Shown in pieces: positions 1-8,321 of a stretch of 64,000 bases of DNA. A model generated the notes under the pieces. It saw nothing but the letters and a program-made list of their open reading frames with translations, was not told the DNA's origin and ran no database searches. Source of the DNA: a bacterium (GTDB taxonomy: Bacteria > Patescibacteriota > Patescibacteriia > S139-126); NCBI GenBank assembly GCA_030666865.1, contig DAOUWZ010000002.1, positions 24,691 to 88,690 of the forward strand. The letters run 5' to 3'. Within the stretch, counting starts at the first letter, position 1. Every line of letters starts with the position of its first letter. The translations under genes and the position numbers were made by a program.

Positions 1-20
1 AAAAAAATGGAGAAAATATT

Positions 21-260
21 ATGAAAGCAATCGGCAACACACTTTTATACGGAGGTTTACTTATTGCGGGATTAATGCATTTAATAGACGCTAATGTAGT
101 ATTAGCAGTTCCAAAACCCACCTATATTGGCATGGTATTAATTATGGCTACAATTGGCGCCGCCATACAATACTGGGCAAAAAAAGAATCTGATTAATAT
201 CATTCCTTTCATTTGTTTTAAAATAACAGTCGTTCACTCGGCTGTTTTTATTAATATTTA
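21..260 (+). CDS. Small hydrophobic (2-TM) protein, hypothetical. The ORF is open to the window edge in this frame, so the start is uncertain.
   Basis: An ATG at 21 is preceded by GGAG with an 8-nt spacer, giving a 79-codon ORF with two hydrophobic stretches. It is absent from the ORF track, probably because it has no upstream in-frame stop inside the window. Confidence 0.35.
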
Positions 261-342
261 ATTGTCATTCTCCCACGTGGTTAACCACATGGTTTACCAC
301 GTGAGTGCATCGTTTAAAGAACACTATAATTCACTTAACTTT

Positions 343-409
343 GTCATTCCTGCGAAGGCAGGAATCCATGCCTCTTTTCTAGATTCCTGCCTTCGCAGGA
401 ATGACAGTA
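343..409. repeat. Near-perfect 25-bp inverted repeat (tgtcattcctgcgaaggcaggaatc / gattcctgccttcgcaggaatgaca) around a 15-nt loop. Each arm is itself a small hairpin (ttcctgc-gaag-gcaggaa).
   Basis: Read directly from the sequence. The ORF-track ORF 262..447 (...VIPAKAGIH...FLDSCLRRNDS) is its spurious translation. Confidence 0.8.
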
Positions 410-426
410 GAAACACAAAAATAATT

Positions 427-461
427 AAAAAACCATCTACCTTTTAGGTAGATGGTTTTTT
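427..461. terminator. Bidirectional rho-independent terminator between convergent genes.
   Basis: aaaaaccatctacc-tttt-ggtagatggttttttt is a perfect 12-bp stem flanked by an A-run and a T-run. It abuts the stop codon of the 461..793 gene. Confidence 0.75.
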
Positions 462-793
462 TAAATCAATCTCTTATTCCTAAAAGCTATCCCGGAAGCT
501 GTTTTAAGATATTTTTCAAAATCTAGAGCTTTCTTTTTATCATCAAATGCACAATAATATACCAATTTCCAAGGTCTGAATTTACTGGTATGTGGAGACT
601 TCCCATTATTATGTTCATCTATTCTCCCATTAATATTTTCCGAAAAACCGATGTAAAATTGTTTAGAAAATTTTATACTTTGAATTATATATACGAAATA
701 CATGTTATTTGGGCTGTGCCATTCGAAGCGCAGCCATGAATAGGTATAAATTGGAAATATGTAGCCCTTCTTCGCTAAAGCTACGAAGGGCAC
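461..793 (-). CDS. GIY-YIG nuclease family protein (UPF0213-like small GIY-YIG).
   Basis: The N-terminus YFVYIIQS...FYIGFSENINGRIDEHN matches the GIY-YIG motif, and the 110-aa size fits that family. Confidence 0.65.
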   Translation of the reverse strand: MPFVALAKKGYIFPIYTYSWLRFEWHSPNNMYFVYIIQSIKFSKQFYIGFSENINGRIDEHNNGKSPHTSKFRPWKLVYYCAFDDKKKALDFEKYLKTASGIAFRNKRLI

Positions 794-811
794 TCTTCAC
801 TGCGCGAAGAA

Positions 812-886
812 TGGTGACCCGTAGGGGAATCGAACCCCTGTTACCAGGATGAGAACCTGGCGTCCTAACCCCTAGACGAACGGGCC
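812..886 (-). tRNA. tRNA-Glu (anticodon CUC), 75 nt with an encoded CCA.
   Basis: The reverse complement GGCCCGTTCGTCTAGGGGTTAGGACGCCAGGTTCTCATCCTGGTAACAGGGGTTCGATTCCCCTACGGGTCACCA folds as a cloverleaf with a 7-bp acceptor stem (one GU), D stem GTCT/GGAC, anticodon stem CCAGG/CCTGG, loop TTCTCAT (U33, C34 U35 C36, A37) and T arm AGGGG-TTCGATT-CCCCT. Confidence 0.75.
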
Positions 887-1035
887 AGTAAAAAATAGTA
901 TAAAATATTTAGTATAAAGTATCAAGTATAAAAACGATTAATAATAACCGTTAAACAAAAAATTATATTATCCTGTCTGATTATACTTAGATTTAAAATT
1001 CCAAATACTATATACAAACTACTACATACTAGCTA

Positions 1036-2373
1036 CTAACCTACCCACGGACTATCCTGTCTAGCAAGTAGATGCTTAGCAGCCCTTGGATTTGACATTA
1101 AAGACTTAACAACCTTTTCCATTCGCGCGCTTTGAGAACCCTTAACTAAAATTAAATCTCCTTCCTTTAACATTTGCTTAAGAAAACTGCCAGCCCCGCT
1201 ATTATTTTCAAAATAATAAATTCTTTCCTCTCCCATGCCAGCTTCTTTAGCTCCTCTGCCTATATCCCTAGATTTTTCTCCAACGCAGACCAAATAATCA
1301 ATCCCCAATTCTACGGCCCGATGACCAACCTCTCTATGTCCTTGCTCAGTATAATTCCCCAATTCCAACATATCACCAAATATTGCTATTCTTCTATGCC
1401 CTGATTCTATAAAAATTTCTTTTAATACTTCAAGAGCTGCTCTGGCAGCAGCTGGCGATGAATTATAAGTATCATCAATAATCAATGTTTTCTTAATGCC
1501 ATGAACCAAATTCATCCTTCCTTTCGGCGGATTAAAAGTCTGCAACCCATCAACAATTTCTACTAAATTCATATCAAATGCAATACCAACTGCTGTTGCT
1601 GCCAGAGCTGCATAAACCTGATGCCTGCCAAGCACACCTGGTAAAAATACAGGCACGATATGCCCAGCATACAAAAGCTTAAATGACAAACCTTTAAGAA
1701 TATCTTCTTCGCCTTCCTTGCCAGTAGACATCTTCAATTCAGTTGCTTTTATAGTATTGGTATCATTTAAACCAACTGATATTAATTTCGCTTTTGTTTT
1801 GGTGAATGTCTGCTGTAATAATAAATCATCGCCATTGATAACGGCAAATCCGTCAATCGGTAATTTTTCGATAATAATTTGTTTCTCTCTGACAATATTT
1901 TCAACCTTTTTAAAATATTCCAAATGAACCGGAGCAATCGCTGTCAACACACCTACATACAAAGGGACAAAACTAGTAAGATAATCAATATCGCCCGGAT
2001 GATCTGCTCCCATTTCCAGCACCAATATTTCAGGATAACTTTTACTTCTCTTAGTAACAAGAAAAAAACATTGGAAAAGTAAAGATAACCAACCAAAAAT
2101 ATTTTTACCTGGACTATCAGCGCCAATTATGGTCAAAGGGACTCCTATTTCATTATTATAATTTTTGATATTCTGCCTAACCTGATATTTCTTTGACAAT
2201 ACAGAAAATATTGCCTCTTTGGTAGAAGTTTTTCCAACTGAACCAGTAATGCCCACTATTTTTGGCTTATACCTGCGTAAAATTAATTTGCTTTGATAGC
2301 GCAAAAATGCAATCGCTATATTTTTCAATATATTTTTCATATTATATTGTAATGACAGGTCGCGATCTGTCAT
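1036..2373 (-). CDS. murF: UDP-N-acetylmuramoyl-tripeptide--D-alanyl-D-alanine ligase (MurF). The true start is probably the internal MKNILKN near 2340.
   Basis: It carries the Mur ligase P-loop IVGITGSVGKTSTKE and has Mur ligase length and domain order. It is the last gene of the dcw cluster. Confidence 0.8.
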   Translation of the reverse strand: MTDRDLSLQYNMKNILKNIAIAFLRYQSKLILRRYKPKIVGITGSVGKTSTKEAIFSVLSKKYQVRQNIKNYNNEIGVPLTIIGADSPGKNIFGWLSLLFQCFFLVTKRSKSYPEILVLEMGADHPGDIDYLTSFVPLYVGVLTAIAPVHLEYFKKVENIVREKQIIIEKLPIDGFAVINGDDLLLQQTFTKTKAKLISVGLNDTNTIKATELKMSTGKEGEEDILKGLSFKLLYAGHIVPVFLPGVLGRHQVYAALAATAVGIAFDMNLVEIVDGLQTFNPPKGRMNLVHGIKKTLIIDDTYNSSPAAARAALEVLKEIFIESGHRRIAIFGDMLELGNYTEQGHREVGHRAVELGIDYLVCVGEKSRDIGRGAKEAGMGEERIYYFENNSGAGSFLKQMLKEGDLILVKGSQSARMEKVVKSLMSNPRAAKHLLARQDSPWVG

Positions 2374-2421
2374 TACTGATTATTTCTTAACATTTACAAC
2401 CAAATATTGTAAATGGAAGAC

Positions 2422-2455
2422 GGGAAGCCTTCCGCCTGCCTGCCGGCAGGCAGGC
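2422..2455. repeat. GC-rich palindromic repeat, family A copy 1: ggaagccttcc followed by gcctgcctgccggcaggcaggc.
   Basis: A perfect 22-nt palindrome in AT-rich intergenic DNA. It is nearly identical to the copy at 20850-20911. Confidence 0.8.
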
Positions 2456-2488
2456 TACATATTTTCTACTGTTCAACTAGTGTAGCGG

Positions 2489-2504
2489 TCCCGCGAACGC
2501 GGGA
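2489..2504. repeat. tcccgcg-aa-cgcggga hairpin, a member of a recurring tcccgcgNNcgcggga hairpin family.
   Basis: Related copies lie at 12328-12360, 22825-22848 and 59811-59828. Confidence 0.6.
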
Positions 2505-2631
2505 TAGGTTTTAATGATGATTTACTGTTTAATTGTTAGTAATATATTTCTAATCTGTTATACGGAAAAATCTATTTAATTATAAATATTCAACATATAT
2601 ATAATACAACGCCAAACACGAATAATCAAAA

Positions 2632-4386
2632 TTATAAATTCGTAGGTGAAATTTGATAATAATCCAATATAAACTTAGCAATATCACCAAATAACGGCGC
2701 AGCTGAGGAAGCTGAAAATCTTACTCCTGGATTATCAAGCTTGGCAATCATTACGAAAGCTGGATTTTCAATTGGCCCAAAACCAACAAATGAATGAATT
2801 GTTTCATCGGAATACCCGCCTTGCGGTGAAGGTACTTGCGCTGTACCGGTTTTACCAGCAATATAATACCCATCCACCCCAGCTCTTCCGGCGTGACCGT
2901 TTTCAATTACTGATACCAACATCCCAGATAGCAGGGTTGACACCTGAGGAGAAATTACTTGCCTAACAAATTGCGGCTCAAATTCTTCTACTCGTCCATC
3001 ACTATGCCAAATTTCTTCAACTAAATATGGTTTCATTAATTTTCCTCCATTAGCTATAGCGCCAAAAGCAGCCGCAATTTGCATAGGAGTAACGGTAATG
3101 CCTTGCCCAAATGATCCAGTAAAAGTATAAATAGGTCTTTTGCCCAAATTTGAAATATTACCATCAGCTTCACCAGGCAGGGTAATACCAGTTTGTCTGC
3201 CAAATCCAAACCCTTCTACATACTTTTTAAACAAATCATCGCCCACCAATGAAGCAACATGTATAGCGCCTGTATTTAGTGAATTATCCAAAATATCTGT
3301 CATAGTAGCCAGACCATGTCCATTGGGAAATTTTTCAATATCTGAATTACAAATCGGCTTATGCCAGCCCTCAACTATATCACAGCCATTATCATAATAA
3401 GTTGTCTTAGGAGTAACTTTTTCCAAATCAAGACCAGCTGCCATAGTAATAGGCTTGAATATAGAGCCTGGTTCATATTCATGAGCAATGCTTGGATTAT
3501 TAAAAATATTAATCTGCTCCTGTTCATAATATAAATTTGGATTAAAATCTGGATAAGCGCACATAGCGAGTATTGCTCCAGTATTTGGATTTAAAACAAC
3601 AACTTCCCCGCCCTTAGCTCCGAGCCTCATAGAATATTCTTTCAACTTGGTACAAACAGCATATTCAATTACAGGATCAACTGTTAAGATTAAATCTGAG
3701 CCATCAACTGCCTTTTCAACACTACGTGAAGCTACCGTAATCAACCTGCCCGCTGCATCTCGTTCAGAATTTATTACGCCATATGACCCAGATAATTCCG
3801 AATTGAAATAACCCTCTAAACCATACTGACCTTTGGCCTGATCTGATTTAAAACTGTAAAAACCTGTTAAATGAGATCCAATATTATAATTCGGGTAATA
3901 CCTAGAAGCTTCAGGTCTAAAATTTAAACCTTTAATATTAAAAGCTCCTATTTCATTTTTTTGTTCTAGAGTTAAACTTCTCTTAATAGGTTCATACGGA
4001 TCATCTGTCAAAGAAAATTTATTCAAGAAATATTGCGCTGTATCATCATCCCAAGCAAAATATTCCTGCAAAGGTTCAATAATATCAAGCGGATGTTTGT
4101 CGAAATCTTTTGGCACAGAGTATAAAAAATATAAATCCCTATTTTGTACCAGCGGATGCAGAGATTTATCTTTATCTTGCATAAATATTTCTCCACGCTG
4201 AGGTATTAATACTTTCTCGATTTCATGTTGACTAGAAGCCATAAGCTGATAATAATCCTTCTTTAAAACTTGCAAAACAAACAATTTCATTATAATTAAC
4301 AAAAATAATATTGCTACACAAAAAATAAAAAAAGTCAGCCTTGAAATAGCAAACTTCTTATTGTTTCTACCAGCCGCTCTGGACAT
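2632..4386 (-). CDS. ftsI: Penicillin-binding protein 2/3 family peptidoglycan D,D-transpeptidase (FtsI-like).
   Basis: It has an N-terminal TM segment, the SxxK motif (GSIFKP) and the KTG motif (AGKTGTAQ), and sits after ftsL in the dcw cluster. Confidence 0.8.
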   Translation of the reverse strand: MSRAAGRNNKKFAISRLTFFIFCVAILFLLIIMKLFVLQVLKKDYYQLMASSQHEIEKVLIPQRGEIFMQDKDKSLHPLVQNRDLYFLYSVPKDFDKHPLDIIEPLQEYFAWDDDTAQYFLNKFSLTDDPYEPIKRSLTLEQKNEIGAFNIKGLNFRPEASRYYPNYNIGSHLTGFYSFKSDQAKGQYGLEGYFNSELSGSYGVINSERDAAGRLITVASRSVEKAVDGSDLILTVDPVIEYAVCTKLKEYSMRLGAKGGEVVVLNPNTGAILAMCAYPDFNPNLYYEQEQINIFNNPSIAHEYEPGSIFKPITMAAGLDLEKVTPKTTYYDNGCDIVEGWHKPICNSDIEKFPNGHGLATMTDILDNSLNTGAIHVASLVGDDLFKKYVEGFGFGRQTGITLPGEADGNISNLGKRPIYTFTGSFGQGITVTPMQIAAAFGAIANGGKLMKPYLVEEIWHSDGRVEEFEPQFVRQVISPQVSTLLSGMLVSVIENGHAGRAGVDGYYIAGKTGTAQVPSPQGGYSDETIHSFVGFGPIENPAFVMIAKLDNPGVRFSASSAAPLFGDIAKFILDYYQISPTNL

Positions 4387-4397
4387 ATGTTAAATTC

Positions 4398-4715
4398 TTA
4401 TTGTTTAAAAGCAACAGCGTCCTGACCAGTTTGTAAATAATCAATTTTATCGTTTAATACCATCCCAAGCTCTGATACCACTGTTTCAATTCTTGAAAGT
4501 GATCTCAATTTAGCCGTTTCAAAACCTAATTGTTCATTATTTTTTTCCAATTTTTGTACTTGTCTTTCCAAATCTTTCAAATAATACCCTTGAGTAGATA
4601 CCATGCTTATTTGAGACACATAAATAAATACAACTACTCCTAATGATATTAAGAGGGCTATTCTTACGTATTTACTTTTTACAATTTTATTTTTATTTTG
4701 GGCACGACAATGCAT
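4398..4715 (-). CDS. ftsL: Cell division protein FtsL-like (septum formation initiator family).
   Basis: A 105-aa protein with one TM segment followed by a coiled coil, positioned between rsmH and ftsI. Confidence 0.55.
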   Translation of the reverse strand: MHCRAQNKNKIVKSKYVRIALLISLGVVVFIYVSQISMVSTQGYYLKDLERQVQKLEKNNEQLGFETAKLRSLSRIETVVSELGMVLNDKIDYLQTGQDAVAFKQ

Positions 4716-4739
4716 GGATTTATAAATATGTTTTAATTA

Positions 4740-5681
4740 TTATAACTTTTCAACAACTCTCAACTTAGCAGTTCGGCTCCTAGGATTTTCCTCCAATTCT
4801 TTTTTAGTCGCCGTAATCGGCTTTTTATTTATTATTTTAATACTAGCCCGATGTTCGCATACGCATTTTGGAATCTGAGGCGGACAAATACAATCTTTTG
4901 CCTCTTTTCTAAAATAATTTTTTATTACTCTATCTTCAATTGAATGAAAACTAATTATTCCTAACCTAGCTCCTGGTTCTAAAACTTCAATTCCTTGCGG
5001 TAAAAATTCTTCAATATTTCCTAATTCATCATTGACTTCTATTCTCAATGCTTGCCAAGTTCTAGTAGCTGGATGGATTCTTGAGGGCGTACGCCACCTG
5101 TGGGCATACACCCCCTCAATAATCTGTTTCAACCCCAATGCCGAAACTTTTTGTTTTTTTCTTTTTGCTATTATTTCACGAGCGATGGTTTTGGAAAGTG
5201 GTTCCTCCCCGTATTCGCTCAAAATAGTTGTTAATCTTTCTTCGCTGTAATTATTTACTACTTCTTCACCAGTTAATTCTGCATCTGGTGAATATCTCAA
5301 ATCCAAAGATTCTTTACTGTGAAAACTAAATCCTCTCGCATGTTCATCAACCTGAAATGAGGAATAACCCAAGTCGCATATAATACCGTTAATCTTATCA
5401 AATTTGAACTCATATATTTTTGTTTTTAATTTTTTGTAATTATCGTTGATAAAAATAATTCTGCCAGCAAAATCTTTTAAATTCTCTTTAGCCGCTACTA
5501 TTGCTTGTGGATCCAGGTCAAAAGCCAATAATTTACCTTTTGGTGCTGTTTTTTTAAGTATTTCTTGGCTATGTCCTCCACCACCCAATGTACAATCGAC
5601 AAAATTTTGATTTACTTGTGGATTAAGATACTCTATAACTTCATTTAGTAATACTGGGATATGCTGAGAAATAGATTTCAT
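4740..5681 (-). CDS. rsmH: 16S rRNA (cytosine1402-N4)-methyltransferase RsmH (MraW).
   Basis: It shows HIPVLLNEV...DCTLGGGGHS and the characteristic position after mraZ. Confidence 0.85.
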   Translation of the reverse strand: MKSISQHIPVLLNEVIEYLNPQVNQNFVDCTLGGGGHSQEILKKTAPKGKLLAFDLDPQAIVAAKENLKDFAGRIIFINDNYKKLKTKIYEFKFDKINGIICDLGYSSFQVDEHARGFSFHSKESLDLRYSPDAELTGEEVVNNYSEERLTTILSEYGEEPLSKTIAREIIAKRKKQKVSALGLKQIIEGVYAHRWRTPSRIHPATRTWQALRIEVNDELGNIEEFLPQGIEVLEPGARLGIISFHSIEDRVIKNYFRKEAKDCICPPQIPKCVCEHRASIKIINKKPITATKKELEENPRSRTAKLRVVEKL

Positions 5682-5716
5682 ATAATCATCAAATATTTAA
5701 TTCTAAACAATACTTC

Positions 5717-6148
5717 TTACACTCCAAGATCTCCCAATGCTTCAGCTATATCACTGCTATTTGCTTCAGCGTTTTGTTTGTATTTTTCCCATTCTTCTTC
5801 TGACCACACTTCAACTCTGTTATAAAGTCCAGTTAAAACAGTTTTCTTTCTAATATCAGCGTATTTCCTTAAATAATCAGGTAATATTATTCTTCCCTGC
5901 TTATCCAAGGAAACATCCATAGCACCAGCTAGCATCAATCTAGCAAAAGCTCTGGATTTACTTTGTGAAATAGGCAAAGCAGCTAATTTTTCTGCCAACT
6001 TTTTCCATTCAGGTTTAGTATAAACAAACAATGATTTATCCAATCCTTTGGTTACTACTACTCCTTGCTTAAAATCAACACGAAACTTAACAGGTACTGC
6101 TAACCTGCCCTTTTCATCAATACTGTGTTTAAATTCACCAATAAACAT
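5717..6148 (-). CDS. mraZ: Transcriptional regulator MraZ.
   Basis: A duplicated MraZ domain, FxGxxxHxxDxKGR (GEFKHSIDEKGRLAVP) and ...DKQGRIILP, in 143 aa. Confidence 0.85.
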   Translation of the reverse strand: MFIGEFKHSIDEKGRLAVPVKFRVDFKQGVVVTKGLDKSLFVYTKPEWKKLAEKLAALPISQSKSRAFARLMLAGAMDVSLDKQGRIILPDYLRKYADIRKKTVLTGLYNRVEVWSEEEWEKYKQNAEANSSDIAEALGDLGV

Positions 6149-6206
6149 TTTTTTGTTTGATTTTAGCCTAGTTTTACTTGGTTTTATTAAATGTTGAACA
6201 AATTAG

Positions 6207-6314
6207 TTATCCACAAAATATCGAGGTTATCCCCACATTTATCCACTTTTCACCCTTCAAATACATTATACCCCACATAACTAAAAAAATCAACCACTTT
6301 TACCTATGGATAAC
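6207..6314. promoter_or_regulatory. Cluster of four DnaA-box-like 9-mers upstream of mraZ.
   Basis: TTATCCACA (6207-6215), TTATCCCCA (6227-6235), TTATCCACT (6239-6247) and TTATCCATA in reverse complement (6306-6314). A fifth degenerate box, ttatAccccacat, lies near 6266. Confidence 0.5.
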
Positions 6315-6379
6315 TCCTAAATATACAAAAAAAGGCGTAATTTACGCCTTTTCTTTAAAATATTGATAATCCAATTAAT

Positions 6380-6964
6380 TCATAAATACTTTTCCAAAAG
6401 CAATTTACCTGCTTCTCTGATATCTTCAATACGATAAAAAATAAACTTACCTCTTGTAGTTATTCCCCATTCCAAAATTATATTCTTTTTATTCATTTTC
6501 CTGGCTAATAATATTTTTCTTCTTTCTCTAGATGTTAAAAACTTTTTTTCACCTATCACTTGAAATAATTTCTTATTTTTATAATAATAGCTTGCGTCAA
6601 TCTTTCCATGTCTCATTAAATTAACTATCTCGCCTTCTACTGCTTCTATTATTTCACTATTCTTCTCAATTAGAATTGTTCCGCCTTTCTTCCATTTCCA
6701 TGATGGGTAGACAACAAAAACTGTTTTTCCCTTTTGCTGATTCTGAAATTTATCAATTTGGGCTGGAACCTTGTCTTTAATCAGCCAATTTATATATAAA
6801 TTATTCCATTCAGCACCTTTAATATCAACCGTTCTAATTGTCCAACCAACATAATCTTTAATTTTATAAAATTTATCTAAATCCTTTGATGATTTTACAA
6901 ATTCCCATTCTGGATGAGGCAATCCTGCCTTATCAATTAATTTTAATCCTTGGCAAATTGTCAT
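6380..6964 (-). CDS. Hypothetical protein.
   Basis: A 194-aa ORF with coding-like composition. I recognised no family. Confidence 0.4.
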   Translation of the reverse strand: MTICQGLKLIDKAGLPHPEWEFVKSSKDLDKFYKIKDYVGWTIRTVDIKGAEWNNLYINWLIKDKVPAQIDKFQNQQKGKTVFVVYPSWKWKKGGTILIEKNSEIIEAVEGEIVNLMRHGKIDASYYYKNKKLFQVIGEKKFLTSRERRKILLARKMNKKNIILEWGITTRGKFIFYRIEDIREAGKLLLEKYL

Positions 6965-6989
6965 ATATTAACTTATTTATCTTTTTACT

Positions 6990-7125
6990 CTCCCTCATCC
7001 GCCCTCCTAACGGGCACCTGCCCGCCATCGCTACGCTCTCGCCCGCTAACCGCCTAAAGCGATAGTAATAGCGAGCGGGTAGACGTTAGCAGGCAGCCAT
7101 TCTCCCTAAAGGAAAAATAGCTAAT
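6990..7125. other. GC-rich (~60% GC) structured intergenic element of about 135 nt, a possible small RNA or regulatory structure.
   Basis: cctaacgggcacctgcccgccatcgctacgctctcgcccgctaaccgcctaaagcgatagtaatagcgagcgggtagacgttagcaggcagcc contains several imperfect inverted repeats (ctcgcccgcta/tagcgagcggg, cctaacg/cgttag, gcctgc/gcaggc). It sits between two same-strand genes. Confidence 0.25.
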
Positions 7126-7136
7126 AATGTGTTATT

Positions 7137-7538
7137 CTATTTCCCAATATTCGGCTCAGCGCCGTATTCTGGTAATACTATCTGAAATTCATCCATTTTA
7201 TCTAGCTCAACAATCCCCTGTTTCAATAAATCTTGATAATTAACAAAATCATTTTGTTTAAAACCGACTATTTTTTTATTCAAAACCCAAGCCAAAGTAT
7301 TTCCAACAGCCAAACCAATTCTCAGCGCGGAAAAACTGCCAGGTCCTTTTACTGCTATTATTCCTGATAAATCTGTTAACTCTAAATTATTATCTTTAAT
7401 AAATTTATCCAAACTTACCAATAATTTTTCTTCTTGTTCAAATTTTGCTGGAATTTTTCGTTCATGCTTAACCCGAGACTCACTCCCAAGCCCTAAATAA
7501 ATATATTCTATATTTGCAGTGTCTATTATCAAAATCAT
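7137..7538 (-). CDS. tsaB: tRNA threonylcarbamoyladenosine biosynthesis protein TsaB (YeaZ), short N-domain-only form.
   Basis: MILIIDTANIE...IAVKGPGSFSALRIGLAVGNTLA matches the TsaB/Kae1 N-terminal fold, but at 133 aa it is much shorter than typical TsaB. Confidence 0.6.
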   Translation of the reverse strand: MILIIDTANIEYIYLGLGSESRVKHERKIPAKFEQEEKLLVSLDKFIKDNNLELTDLSGIIAVKGPGSFSALRIGLAVGNTLAWVLNKKIVGFKQNDFVNYQDLLKQGIVELDKMDEFQIVLPEYGAEPNIGK

Positions 7539-7637
7539 TACAAAGTATTAAGTATAAAGTATTGAATAAGAAACAAGACGCAAGATACACGCTCTTGACA
7601 TTTCAAGCTAATAGACTTCCTTTTAAAAATCTAAAAA

Positions 7638-8321
7638 CTATTCCACCATCTTCTCAATATCACACTGGCTTATTTTCCGATATTTTCCTTCTGCCAAATC
7701 TAACAATTTTATTCCAGCGATACGAATTCTTTGCAAACTTTTTACTCTCACATCTAAACTTCCCAACATTTCCCTTATTTGTCTATTATAACCTTGATGT
7801 AATACTACTTTATAAACCTTATTATCAATTTTGCTGATTTTATCAAATTTACCTACCCCTTCTTCAAGTTTAATACCTGATAATAATATACCCTGCGTTT
7901 TATCATCTATTAATTTATCTAGAGTTACCAAATATTCTTTCTCCTTTTCAAATTTGGGATGAGTTAATTTAAAAGCGAGTTCTCCATCATTAGTCAAAAT
8001 CATTAAACCTTTGGAATCTTTATCAAGCCTGCCAACTGGAAAAACGGGCGGATTATCAGGCACTATTTCAATAACCAATTTTTCAGCATGCTTGTCTTCT
8101 ACTGAAGATACATAGCCAATTGGCTTATTAATAACATAATACACCTTATTGATAGGTGTTATTGTTTCTTCGTTTAATTGAATTTTATCATGCAAACCTA
8201 TTTGCCTAGCTAAATCATTGACTACTTCTCCATTTATTTTTATCTGCCCTCTTCTGACAAATGCTTCAGCTTGCCTTCTTGAATATTTTGTACAACTGGC
8301 AATATAACGATTTATTCTCAT
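7638..8321 (-). CDS. Pseudouridine synthase, RsuA/RluB family.
   Basis: An N-terminal S4 domain (MRINRYIASCTKYSRRQAEAFVRRGQIKINGEVV) and the catalytic motif PVGRLDKDSKGLMILTNDGE. Confidence 0.8.
   Translation of the reverse strand: MRINRYIASCTKYSRRQAEAFVRRGQIKINGEVVNDLARQIGLHDKIQLNEETITPINKVYYVINKPIGYVSSVEDKHAEKLVIEIVPDNPPVFPVGRLDKDSKGLMILTNDGELAFKLTHPKFEKEKEYLVTLDKLIDDKTQGILLSGIKLEEGVGKFDKISKIDNKVYKVVLHQGYNRQIREMLGSLDVRVKSLQRIRIAGIKLLDLAEGKYRKISQCDIEKMVE

Noticed and set aside
262-447. ORF-track ORF (61 aa, ...VIPAKAGIHASFLDSCLRRNDS...)
   Set aside because: It is a translation of the palindromic repeat and terminator hairpins. Its peptide is the mirror-symmetric signature of an inverted repeat and does not look like a real gene.
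897-935. Triple AGTATAAA direct repeat upstream of the tRNA-Glu, with a similar agtataaagtat upstream of tsaB at 7545-7560
   Set aside because: These are probably just overlapping TATACT/TATAAA -10-like promoter elements on the minus strand in AT-rich DNA. The 12-mer match is weak evidence for a distinct repeat family.
1174-2082. Three + strand ORFs (1174-1404, 1718-1927, 1879-2082) inside murF
   Set aside because: They lie fully within and antisense to a well-supported murF CDS, and their low-complexity translations are typical of AT-rich antisense frames.
7514-7837. The + strand ORF 7514-7837 (107 aa) and similar short + or - ORFs overlapping annotated genes (for example 15002-15340, 30070-30549, 36655-37246)
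   Set aside because: They overlap stronger ORFs on the opposite strand and show no motif or coding periodicity evidence.
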